From: Octopus sinensis
Lineage: Eukaryota
Assembly: GCF_006345805.1 (NCBI RefSeq)
Contig: NC_043008.1
Coordinates: 8,804,001 to 8,868,000 of the forward strand
DNA length: 64,000 bases
Reading direction: 5' to 3'
Of the stretch, positions 12,081 through 24,590 are shown one piece after another (the stretch's first letter is position 1; each line of letters begins with the position of its first letter). The translations under genes and the position numbers were made by a program. A model generated the notes under the pieces. That model saw nothing but the letters and a program-made list of their open reading frames with translations, had not been told where the DNA came from and did not search any database.

Positions 12081-12460
12081 GTGGAGGCGCAATGGCCCAA
12101 TGGTTAGGGCAGCGGACTCACGGTCGGAGGATCGCGGTTTCGATTCCCAGACCGAGCGTTGTGTGTTTTTATTGAGCGAAAACACCTAAAGCTCCACGAG
12201 GCTCTGGCAGGGGGTGGTGGCGACCCCTGTTGTACTCTTTCTCTCCAACTTGCTCTCATTCTTTCTTCCTGTTTCTTATCCCCGACTTCCTACGCAACCG
12301 CTGAGCCTGGACGCTTATTCATCCATCCGTCGATGCTCTCGGTGTCGGGGTTGACCTGCTTTCTCTTCTGTGGGTCTTACGAAAAGCTAAAGGACCACGT
12401 ATCGGACTTCTCCCACTCTGGGATGAAGGCCGCTTCGCTCAACAAACAAACAAACAAACA
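12081..12460 (+). mobile_element. SINE with family C head but a different 3' body ending in (CAAA)n
   Basis: First ~190 bp match 10892/45170 and the rest does not; possible TSD cagcatca (12073-12080, 12466-12473). Confidence 0.85.
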
Positions 12461-14849
12461 ATCAGCAGCATCAATAATGATTCGTTCTTTCTAATTTTGG
12501 CACAGGGCAAACAATTTTAAGGGACGACGACTTATTGATTATATTGAATCCAGTATTTGACTAATACATATTTTATTAATCCCAAAGGGATGAAAGATAG
12601 AGATGAGGTTGTAACATCACTAATACTAAGAAGAAAAGCGCCAAAAGTCGCAGAGCAACCAGAAGGAAAATGGGAACGACGAAAGTTCTTCGAAGACGAA
12701 TTGCCAAATTTTGATATATTCAAAAAGCAGAAGCGGCAATGTCGTCAACACAATTAAGTGTGACAGTGGTGTATGTGGGACATGCATTGAGTACGCCACC
12801 ATCACTATATTAACCTCTTCCAGAGCAGTGAAAAGGAACACCAACATGGTAAACACAACCACAGCCACTGCTGCGTACACCAGCTGTTTCAAACTGTGCA
12901 GGTATACCTTTAGACAGTGAATACTTGAAGGATCCTAAAGCGAGAAGTCACTATCAACATTATATTGTGTAATATTATATTGTATGTGTGAGTTTGTGAG
13001 CGCAAGTGGTCAGGTCTCTTAAGAGGGCTATAAATGATATATAATGAGTCAGACTATTGCAGAGTGGGTCGCTGGCAGCAATGCTGCCAACCCCAGGAAG
13101 TTTGCTTCGCCAGGAAGGTGTTGTTGGACATTATAAACGATGAAGAACTAGACTTGCCAAATAACAGATATTATTGTTGTAGTCTAGAGCCATCCAATAA
13201 TGTGTACATATCTGCATTTAACGTGTGACCATGTTTGTTTATTGGGAAAGTTTCATTTCATTCAAATCTAGTATGGAAGTAATCAGTAAACTACATAATT
13301 GATTCGAAACCGGTGGTAACAGTCTTATGGGACTTTACTGCTACAGACTGGATCGTTTCCTCGTGATGGGGTAGAAGTTATGATCCAGAGCAAATATCGG
13401 AAATGATGTTTTATGGACTGAATACAGAGTTTATGTTACTGCGAGATATGAAACCGATGAAGTTATAAAGGAGTTGAAAAGAATCATATCTTCAGCTCCC
13501 TTGTATCTTTGTCATTCTCATAAAAACTGTGTTGTCTTGATCCTATCATGCCACTGTGTATATTGTGTGAGAAAAAGAGACTGGGTTTGGTGTACACGCA
13601 GCATATTCTTACCTTTCTACATTTCAAATGCTTTGCGCTAGTCTTGAAACTCTTTCTAGCAAATCAGTGACTAAAAAGGTTGCTAGTAGCAACGGAAGAG
13701 CTTTGACAAACAAAAGCAAAACAAGGGACTTACTGTTTAACCAAATTAAATATACAATCGATTAGTTAGTTGGATATTCGATCGGTTGACCAATAATATA
13801 GGAATGGAATTGAACCGGTACGAGTGTTAATAATATTGGCATAATGACTCTCGGTAGCTATAACGAAAAATACAGCATCGGAGGAAGAATTTGGGTTTAG
13901 TGCTCCTGGTATATAATTGCATCTTCATTAGTAATGTATGAAGATACCGACTGATTACGCAGTCGTTATCTTCGTACATTCCAGATGCCTGAAAGACCCT
14001 GCAGCTTCGCACTTCCGGACCATCATTTGCAATAGTGAAGATATCACCAATATGCGACAATGAAATACCGCCATTTTGTAGCTTGAAGCGCAGAGATGTG
14101 AAATAGAAGGATGCAGTTGTTATTCTCTGCCTCTTGCATGGCTGTATCTGCAATAATGTCATGAGATGCTCATACACTTACGGAAAAAACCGATCGTGTT
14201 GTAAATTTCAACTATAAGTATGCTAAAAATACTTTGGAGGCGTATGAAATCAAAACAATTTCATCTCCCGTGGCAAGCAATGCGACACAATTTGCGATTA
14301 TCTTCTGAAAAAAATTACAGCTCAAAAATATCAATTTTTTTGAAAACAACGATTCTGTGTATTAATTCCTCTGTATATGGGGTTAAAGATGACAGTCACG
14401 GATGTTTCAACAGGAAAAAAAAACTTTTTAGTGGCTGATACCATCTCCTATACATGAGAAAGAAGGTTTGCGATGAATAGTGCATAGAGAAAATTTACAG
14501 AGAGACACACAGACAGACAGGCAATGTGTGTATGGTCGGAGATGGAGATTACTGTCAAGCAAGAGACCTAGAGAAAATAATCTACCATCAAAGTCCCAAA
14601 CAGCATAAACTTATTGGTGGTGGTGCACGGTAGAAAGCTCAAACATTATCTCTGCTATACTAACTCAGATTTAAGGGGTTTCTGTCCTCCGCAACAACGA
14701 ATAATAAAGAGCACATCCAAACTTCTGTTGATCCAACATCAAAGCATATGAACAACGATAAAAAACAACAACAGTGGGAGCTAATTTCATTTTAAATCCC
14801 CTCATTTTTTATTTCCAGATCTTTTATATTTTGCTTATTCTATTTTCAG

Positions 14850-15790
14850 AGATACATTACCATTTGTCGAGTGTGGTGTGTAGATCAGCAGATACTTGTT
14901 TTCTGAAAAGCCTTTCATAACAATATCATATCGATTTGCCTTAATGTCCAAGTCTTTCTAGATTATCATATTCCCGATATTGGTTACATTCTTTCGGATA
15001 TATTTTATGTTCATACAGTCTCTTTCTCTTGTTATATCACAATGATACTGTAATTTTCTGTGCATGAAAGCTATAACCCTGACATGTCTGTGTACATGTT
15101 TTCTATTTCGGTTACAACTGACCAGCAGCAAACATTATGGCAAATCGTTAGTGATGGGAAGGCTTTGATCTTATGCTGCAATCAAAATCCTTTTGTTCTA
15201 ATATTCAGTCTTCGCCCTGCAACGTCTTTTTGCCAAATACTTAGCATGATATTACGAAGTTCCAGTTTCAGTTCATCTTCCTTTTAACTACATCTGGTCT
15301 TCATTCTTGTCAGAACTTCAATTTCTAAACAATGATTTTATTTGTATCCATTTATACATTTATGCATTTATTATTTTGCTATTTTGTATTTTCTGGTTCT
15401 CTTTAGACGTTTCTATTACGAAATATTTTTTGTAGTCTACAGCAGATATTTTGTAATAATTTTGTAGTTTCAGAAGACCCGGTTTACTAATAATTGTATT
15501 AAATATAATCTAATTAATTATTTAACAGCGGTCATGTTATTGCAGTGGACTGCTTTGTAAACTGTCGGCTGCCTGTTCCTCTGTCTCCTATTTACTTATG
15601 CAGCTGGATTTTCCTTTCATTGACGGAGTCAGGCTGTCTCCAACTTTTTCAATAAGTCGATAGATGCGTTTGCCCACATTTTATCTCTCCTTTTTAAAAA
15701 AATATTTCAAGCACAGCCTTGGGAATTTATCGCTCCTGATGGATTTTAGTTGCTCAATTGTTTGTAGCAACTTAGAAGTGCCTTGAGCAT
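14850..15790 (-). mobile_element. Heavily degenerate LINE fragment (RTE-like, region preceding/entering RT)
   Basis: Broken minus-strand frames resemble the LINE ORF2 pre-RT region; no intact ORF. Confidence 0.4.
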
Positions 15791-15791
15791 G

Positions 15792-15825
<34 letters not shown>

Positions 15826-15829
<4 letters not shown>

Positions 15830-16538
15830 GGTAAATGTTTTTTAATTTTCTCCTGGTTTACGGAATTGATGTTATTTTGCGGTTGAAGCTTTTGGCTGTT
15901 ATTTCTAGGGGGTGAATGGCCTATTATGGCCGTTCCTTGATTGTGATGTTGAACTTAAAAATGGTCTATGACTATTTAATTTTTTCCCACTAGGCCGCTG
16001 GTGCAAAAAATTCTACAAAATTTTTTGCCACCCTATATTGATTAATTATGAATTTTCTGGTTAATTCCGTAATGGAATCGGCGGCTTATATTTATTTGCT
16101 GCCGATAAATTTGGCGCGAGTGCGATGATTTGAAATTTTTAGGTCAGATATTGCCGAGGCAGGGACGGGAATGCCTCGTGAAAATATCTGTTCCGACTTG
16201 GCTATTTCTTCTGATGAATCTAAGGGCCTATGGTAGATTGGCTTGATTTAATTTAATCAGGTTAGTTTACCATTAAACAGTAGATGAAACGGTGCATCGT
16301 ATAAGAAATTACAAACAGGGTAAATGTTTTTTAATTTTCTCCTGGTTTACGGAATTGATGTTATTTTGCGGTTGAAGCTTTGGCTGTTATTTCTAGTGGG
16401 TGAATGGCCTATTATGGCCGTTCCTTGATTGTGATGTTTGAACTTAAAAATGGTCTATGACTATTTAATTTTTTCCCACTAGGCCGCTGGTGGCAAAAAA
16501 TTCTACAAAATTTTTTGCCACCCTATATTGATTAATTA
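15826..16538 (+). repeat. ~1.46 tandem copies of a 489-bp unit (retrozyme-like / Penelope-associated)
   Basis: 15826-16048 and 16315-16538 are ~98% identical (about 4 differences); (TA)n on both flanks; the unit contains a hammerhead motif. Confidence 0.85.
16204..16309 (+). ncRNA. Type I hammerhead ribozyme motif with extended stem II
   Basis: Stem I atttctt (16204-10); CTGATGA (16211-17); stem II atcta/tagat (16218-22, 16281-85) enclosing a 19-bp hairpin; GAAAC (16286-90); stem III ACG-gtgcat-CGT; GTA cleavage triplet (16299-16301); taagaaat. Stem I is 1 nt out of register. Confidence 0.75.
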
Positions 16539-16568
16539 ATATATATATATATTATTATATATATAATG

Positions 16569-16951
16569 TTGTTATATTTCGGACTGATCATTTTGCCATT
16601 TTAGCTAATAAAAAACACACGCACTATATATTTGGTGTTATTTTATTTTTTACATTAATCTTAATCTTATTTCGGCCAGAGTTCTTTCGTCACACTCTTG
16701 TGACCGCATCAGTGGTCCTTTGTTTTCTTTTTTCTTATTTGTGTCTCTCCTTACTAACCGTCAGCCATTTTTTTATTTCTATTGTATGTCTTCATTTGCG
16801 CATGCTTATATCTATGTGCGTCTATGTTTATTTAGTGTATGTGTGTGTGTGGGGGGGATGCCTGTAATATTTGTATCTCCTGTTTATATACGTTCATGTA
16901 ACTTGTTTTTATTGGCTAAACTGGCAAAATGACCATTCCGAAATATAACAA
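16569..16951. mobile_element. Penelope-like terminal fragment with inverted duplicated end
   Basis: Inverted repeats 16569-16617 / 16904-16951 (~88%); degenerate hammerhead on the minus strand at 16674-16718. Confidence 0.5.
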
Positions 16952-16999
16952 TATCTGTTTCAACACACGACTTCATATAAAAATATCTTGCACAACAAT

Positions 17000-17251
17000 A
17001 TATAAACGTATATATATATGTGTATATATATATGTATATATATATAAATATATATATATAATATATAATATTTGTATATATATATATATATGTGCATATA
17101 TATATAATATATATGTATATATATATAAATATATATATATATATGTGCATATATATATATTATATATAATATATGTATATATATATAAATATATATATAT
17201 ATTATGTACACATATATATATATAAATATATATGTATATTTATATATAAAG

Positions 17252-17282
<31 letters not shown>

Positions 17283-17360
17283 ACACCCATATATATTAAT
17301 ATATACATATATATATTTGTGTATATATTTGTGTGCGTGTGCATATATATATGTGTGTGC
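17000..17360. repeat. Long imperfect (TA)n/(TG)n tract
   Basis: Direct reading. Confidence 0.95.
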
Positions 17361-18932
17361 GTGTGTGTGTTTTCACAATGATAGCAGCGAAACACCTTTT
17401 TTCTTTATCTTTCCACCTATATATCACCCTTCTCTTTACCTCTCGATATGTATGTATTCATGTATACATGTATGGATGTGTTTTTTTTAGTGTGCAAGCA
17501 TGTATGTGTGTGCGCACGCGCGTCTGTGTTTTGGTATGTTTGTACTTAACTAATTATATCATACCACAGGTCAAATGCACTCGTATAAAAATATGTCTTT
17601 TTTAAACATTTAGAATGGTTCTTTAGTATTTCGAAAGGTTTCGCAAAAGAAAGAAATTTCTCATAAGAAAATCAATTTCCGTTTTATCGACCTAACTCTA
17701 ATATAGAGATTTCACTGAATGTTGATTAAAAACGAAAGTAAAATAAAATACCAATTCAAAAGCAGCATATTTAACATTTTGCTAGACTTCGTGGCATATG
17801 ATAAAACTACGTCACTATCTTTTATCTGAAAATCGTGTCAAAATTCTAACAGCATTCTCAAATCTTCCATTACCTGATACATAGTTAAATGACGTATGTG
17901 AATTACAGTTGGTAATTCTGAGCGTTGTCGATAAGTGGGCGTGGTAATTACAACTCCCACCTTTAAGTGACGCAAATTTAAATACTGACATGTAAATATT
18001 ATTTAGTGAAACAAATATAAAATTTCAAAAAATAAACACGATGAAATCATGTTCATTTTTCACTAGAGACAAACACTATAAAAATCTTATTTCAGGCACT
18101 TTTCGTTGACAGTCACTTCTAAAATGGGATTAATATTCAGTATTGAGGTGTCTGTCTTCTGTATCTAAGTTAAAGGTTATGCTAACTTGAATCTTTTCAA
18201 ATTATCATTCATATTACGTAGATGACACACTCGCAAGCCCCAAATGAATATAGTGGCCATCTGCTGGATTTATAAAGAAATATCCACCTCTTAGAGATAT
18301 ACTAGTATGGCTAGACATCGCAAACAGAAAGCCTTCCTAACACAACTATATTTCAAAGTGCAGTTGATTAAAAATTCAGGCACTTTCAATACACATATCT
18401 CAAAGGATATTCATCAACAATGAAAGAAGCCATCGGTACCCAGGGTTGTAACTTACGACGACGACATAGAGAAGGATGAAAATAATCATAGTACATTAGA
18501 AACCACCCCAGTTTCAGAGATACCTTGATTTTTATCAGATTATTCAGGAGACAAAAAAATAATAAAGTCGTGTAATACTTATGACTTTCCACAGAGCATT
18601 TAATGCGTCAGTTCCAATAACATGAGTGTAAATGTATTAAAGTATGTGAACACTTACTGGAGAATTTAATAAAATTTCGCTTCCTACTTTAAAGACTTCT
18701 TCACTATTGCATTTGGCATCGACGTCAAATATTCCTCGTTACGAAAACCTTATTTCGTCTTTTCGGTGATCATTTCGTTGTCGCAAAAATAAAGCAATGA
18801 ATAGGAAGAAAAACTTACGACGCTTTAGTTGAGCGAATGCATATGATTGTATACAGTAGGGAGTGCTTCATACACACACACGCGCGCATACACAATGTGT
18901 ATGTATTCATATACAGATATATGTATATATAT

Positions 18933-18966
<34 letters not shown>

Positions 18967-19101
18967 AAATTACAAAAAAAACACATTTTATCAATTCAAA
19001 ATGAACAATTAAATTACACCATCCAGAAAATTAATTGATTTAGTGTTTCTAAATTGAATTTCTTTCCCTGTAAGTTCGGATTTATATTCCCTCAAATAAA
19101 A

Positions 19102-19212
<111 letters not shown>

Positions 19213-19301
19213 GTATCTATGTGTATATATATTTTTTACATACACATACACATATGTGGTACACATATATCGATATGTAATATACTATAATATAGCATAT
19301 G

Positions 19302-19337
<36 letters not shown>

Positions 19338-20194
19338 GTGTGTGTGTGTGTGTGTAACCTAAACCTACATAGCTACACACTTTCAAAATGATATTATATA
19401 ACGGTTATATGTGTATTACAATATCTTTGGCATAATCTAGCTCCATAGTCTTGTATTGACAATGGATATCAAACTTCCGTGTGTAACAGTTTGAATACCT
19501 AAGCTCATACACAGAATGCTAATTTCAACGCCTGGCTGGGATAAATATAAAAATTATTCAAGTCGCAACATAAAAGCAATACATCTTTAGCATTTAAACA
19601 CACAGAATATTTCCATATAAGGACATATGTACATTATGAATATTTACAAAAGTTGTTGGTCATAATTATAACTTCACTGCATATTTTAACCAAATCTCAT
19701 TCATGTGATTTTCTAATGAATTACTGACAAATAGTGAAGTCAATAATGAGAAGCGTAATAAGATTTTAATCATCACGCAATCCCACTATAACATTTACAT
19801 ATGCTTTACCAATGCAAATACTATGTGTATTAATAACAGTTGCATTTCTTCAAAATATGAACGTGTGTATATATGTGTACATGCATTTATGTGTATACAA
19901 AACACACTCATGCATATATGTATGTTTGTGTGTGTTTTACTGCTCCATTAAGGTAGGATCAACAAAAGCAGTGCTCAGTCCAGTCAGTGAGAGACAAACT
20001 TCATTTAATGTACATTGTATAAGAGCTTCTGATAGTTTCTTGCCATTGAGGCACGTGGTTGGTCAGATTTTTATACAAAGCCTTGTGTCTCCAAGCAATC
20101 ATCAACCTCTGGACACATGGTTTGTTCTAAGAGAACAAACTATAGCAAGGAACTATTAGTAGCTTTTATTTTAAAACAGTGTATATAATATGTA

Positions 20195-21475
20195 CTGGGT
20201 TGGCAAAAAAGTAATTTCGTTTTCCGCAAATAGATAGTGTTAGGATTTTTTTGAATGACTTTTGTTACTTTTATGAAGTTTTTCCTTTTGACATATGATA
20301 GCCGTTACTTTTAACTTACTTTATAAGCAAATTATGCATAAATTTGCTCACTGTTGCTAGTTCAGTGTCAATTTTAACATGGAGTGCAAAAACGAATATT
20401 TTCGCCATATTTTGCTTTTTTATTTCCACAAAGGCAAGAAAGCTACTAAGGTTCACAAAGCGATATGTATAGTTTATGCTATTGGTTGCTTAACAGAACG
20501 CACATGTCAGAAATGGTTTTAAAAATTCCGTTCTGGAGATTTTTGACTCAAAGATGATTAACCTTCTGGTTGATGATGACCAAATGAAAGCCCTAATTGA
20601 ATCTGATTGTTATATAACTGCACGAGAGATTGCAGAGAGGTTATATGTATCATACACAACAATTGAAAATCACTTAAAATATCTTGGACTCATTAAGAAT
20701 CTCGATATCTGGGTTTCGCATAAATTGGAAAAGATTCACTTAACACATTGAATCAATATTTGCGATATGCATCTCGAATGCAATGGAATCGACCTTTTTG
20801 TTGCGACGAATCATCGCTGGTGGTGGAAAATTGATTGTGTACAATAACATCAATCGAAAACGATCATGGTCCAAGCGTGATTAACTATAAAAAAACCACG
20901 TCGAAAGCTGAATTGCATAAAAAAAAGGGCCTACTGTCAATTTGGTGAAATAATAAAGGTGTTGTGTAATTTGAGCTGCTTCCAAGGAACCAAACGATCA
21001 ATTCAGATGTTTAGTGTCATCAACTAAGGAAACTGGAGGAAGCAATCAAAGAAAAACTCCCAGAATTGGCATATCGTAAAGGAATCGGGTTCCATCATGA
21101 TAACGCTAGACCACACGCGTGTTTTCTAACTCGTGAAAAATTATTAGAGATTGGTTGGGAAGTGATGTCATATGAATGATATAGCCATGACCGTGCACCA
21201 TCAGATAACCATTTATTTCAAAGTTTGCAAAATTCTTTGAATGGTAAAACTCTCAATAACCATGATAACCTAGAAGTGCACTTGCTTCAGTTTTTGGCTG
21301 GTAAAGACCAGAAGTTCTATTAGCGCGGAATTATGAAGTTACCAGAAAGATGGCAAAAGGTCATTGAAGAAAATGGAAAATATGTAATTTTCATACAAAG
21401 TCCATTTTTTGGTATGAAAAAAAAATTACTTTTATGTCACACTAAAAAACTGAAATTACTTTCTTGGCAACCCAA
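20195..21475 (+). mobile_element. Full-length mariner (Mos1-like) element, inactive
   Basis: TIRs ctgggttggcaaaaaagtaatttc and gaaattactttcttggcaacccaa, each flanked by TA (20193-94, 21476-77); ~1.28 kb. Confidence 0.92.
20379..21390 (+). pseudogene. Mariner transposase pseudogene
   Basis: MECKNEYFRHILLFYFHKGKKAT...TCQKWF, HDNARPH and KLPERWQKVIEENGKY motifs; stops and frameshifts. Confidence 0.9.
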
Positions 21476-21779
21476 TATCTATATGTGTGTGAGTGTGTGT
21501 GTATGTGTGTACGTGTGTACGTGTGTATATTATTTTACTTGTTTCAGTCATTTGACTGCGGCCATGCTTATCAAGCCTCTAAAATACCCTGGATAAAGCT
21601 GAAAGCGCTTAAAGAGGCGTCACTGTAGATGCTTGAAAATATGTTACTATAATATCTACACACATTGAATCCTGTGCATAGTACTAGATATCTCCATCTT
21701 CGGGGTAAGTAGGAATATTTTGATTGACTCCTGTTTCTCGAAGAGACGGCATACAAACATGAGTTTTGTAGGCGTCAGT

Positions 21780-22900
21780 TTTGTTTTCTCTCTATTTTAG
21801 TTACATTTCATCTTATGTAAGATTTAAGATGTCTATTTAGAAGGCACTCCAATAGAGTAAAGACTTGGTATTGATGATGTTTGATGCAAGTTCTCGTAGG
21901 TATGCAGTGAGACGCGTAATGCACATAGTATTTATTTTTCGATATTGGAGTATTTCAGCATTTTTGGTCTGGTTCCTTTGTACGGTTCGTCAGTATTTTA
22001 ACTGCTTGTAGGGCAGTTATATAAATGATATAGATAACGCTTTGTTTGAAATATTATTTTTTTTTCCATAACGTATGATTTCGAGAGATGTTGTCTGTTT
22101 AGTTTCAGTGACTGAATTTGTGAACAACCGAAGGCTGGTCTCGTTTTAGAGTTTATAACATTGTTTATTTTTTGTCTTCTTATTTTTCCTTTTCGTTTGT
22201 AATAAAATATATCTTCTTTTGTTTCTCTTCATCAAATATTTTTTATAGATTTTTGGTTTTTCTTTTTTAGCCCTTTCGTATGTGCTAGGTGCGTCAATCT
22301 TTTGTTATTTCGATCTTCTTTCCTAAATATCTACCAGTAAATTATACTTTTACATTGATACTTATTTATATTTGGTCGGAAGCTACCATTTTTTCCTTTA
22401 TTTTTGGAATCACCCGTTGTCTGTGTATCCAGATGAAATATTTAGAATAGCATTCGAATCTATTTTGTTCAGTTTTTATAAAAGAAGCTTCTGTTCTTCT
22501 TTTCGTTCTTTTGCTCCAGTTGAACTCTGATCGAGCAGTCATTTGATTAAAGGTGTTCGAACCATAACGATATCATCTGAATCCTATGTGTAGTTCATCC
22601 AGGACAAACAAACCTCGATAAGGCAAAAGTGGCTGAGAAGAGGTTAGTGCAACAATGCACGCCTGAAAGAGATTCAAGTGTTGTGTTTGACGATATTGCA
22701 AAGAACTGGTCATCTTAATAAAATGACGCGAGTGCAAAGGATTTTGGGAGAAATATGATGAATGATGCAAGCGCTTTTAGCTTTTAGATACGAAATAGAT
22801 CCGGCAGGGGAAAGCTGCGCAGGAGATTCCAGCAAAAGTATAAGATGCATGAAGGAAATTTTTCGTGCCTAACATATGTCTTGCATCCATTGTGATGCAT
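21780..22900 (-). mobile_element. Very degenerate retroelement-like coding remnant (class uncertain)
   Basis: Strand-asymmetric, Lys/Glu-rich broken minus frames; no diagnostic motif. Confidence 0.25.
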
Positions 22901-23221
22901 TAATTGATATTCATGATCACGTCTTTGTGTGAGGATCTTCTATTTTATAACCCGCTTTAATGAGCGGTATCAATCAATAAGTTATAAGCGTTATAGAGCT
23001 CAAGCTATATCTGGATAATGACTTGCAGTCATTAAAACAAGTCAAATAGAGCTCTAGCTGACTACCTTGGCATATGTTTACACCGATTTATGGATGTGTA
23101 GGCTAAGCCAACAAAAGTTTGGTCCCTTAATCAATGATAGAGAACCTTAGCAATAACAACGTATGTACTATCGGTTTTCTTGCGAATCTACAATTCTACG
23201 TATAGATGATCATTCAAAAGA

Positions 23222-24085
23222 TACTTAATCTATCTATCGGGGTCGTCCCTCAGGAAGCCCCAAGACTGTTTCCACACATTTCAACCCACTCATCTCGAAA
23301 TTCCATAATGGTCCTCAGCTCCTGTACCCCCTTCCATACCAGTATCCTCCAGCAAGTAGTCGATATAGGTCGTCTTATAGCAAGTAGTCGATACTGCGGC
23401 GAGCTGGCAGAAACCTCTGCAGTTACATTCTGAGTTCAAATTCCGCCGAGGTCCACTTTGCCTTTCATCCTTTCGAGGTCGTTAAATTAAATGCCAGTTA
23501 CGCACTGTAGTCGATATAATCGACTTAATCCGTCTGTCTGTCCTTATTTGTCTCCTATGTGTTTAGCTCCTTGTGGGTAGTATAGAAATAGATATAGGTC
23601 GTCTTACTCCTTCCTCTCCTGGTTCTTCCTTCCGTTCGTTGCCAGACCTCTAGCTTGTTAGCAATCTCATCGCTATGTTTGATGCAGTGTCCAGCTAGCT
23701 TCATCCTTCTATGCTGTATCTTCAGTGCTACTTTTGGTAGTCGCTAGTATAACCCAGCGTTTGCTGCATGACTTTCAGGAGATATTGAGTGACATTCTAA
23801 GCATTTAACTGCTTCTTCAATGCTTTAGTGAGCGTCCATGCTTGGGCCCCGTATAGAAGAACAGATTCCACTGTTGCCAGAAACAACCTCACTTTCAATT
23901 TCCTTGCTAACTTTGAACTCCAAACCAGTTAAAGAACTGAAATTAGTCAGTTACGGTACTAAATATATGGAAGGTTTCAGTTTTACCAGATGCCAACCTC
24001 GTAGCTTTCATCCCAACACAGCTATAGTCTTCATCCACCTACACGATGACTTCATCCACCTACACGATGCCGTCACAGTTCAATG
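23222..24085 (-). mobile_element. RTE-like LINE 3' fragment, interrupted by a SINE
   Basis: Minus frames give ...VESVLLYGAQAWTLTKALKKQL... and ...GVQELRTIMEFRDEW, typical of the RTE ORF C-terminus; short gatagatag end. Confidence 0.7.
23396..23590 (+). mobile_element. SINE family B inserted in the RTE fragment
   Basis: gcggcgagctggcagaaac...agaaata; 16-bp duplication gatataggtcgtctta at 23362-23377 and 23591-23606. Confidence 0.85.
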
Positions 24086-24299
24086 ATTCTATCATAGTTG
24101 CTGGAATATTCTATTAATTATACTGCGAACCAATGGCTTTACCCTCAAATTTGTTGAACTAAATATGTCTAAAACTTGAACAGGATTATGGTTATATTAT
24201 GTTCTTTCATATCAATGTATATTCTCTTATTTCATAATCATATTTATTTTCAAATTCATAAAACAATATTAGAATATTTATATACCTACATATATGTAT

Positions 24300-24590
<291 letters not shown>

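Noticed and set aside
13827-14177. ESLCQY resembles a RAG1 core peptide, and QPQEVCFARKV (13088-13120) loosely resembles another
   Set aside because: The two matches are on opposite strands, are very short, and the surrounding residues do not align; likely chance.
16884-17605. Many 60-130-aa ORFs rich in Y/I/C/V/H/T, here and at 7857-8317, 24176-24634, 30989-31877, 38495-39680, 54612-55287, 58929-59350 and 60427-60952
   Set aside because: They are translations of (TA)n/(TG)n/(GATA)n microsatellites, which lack stops in some frames.
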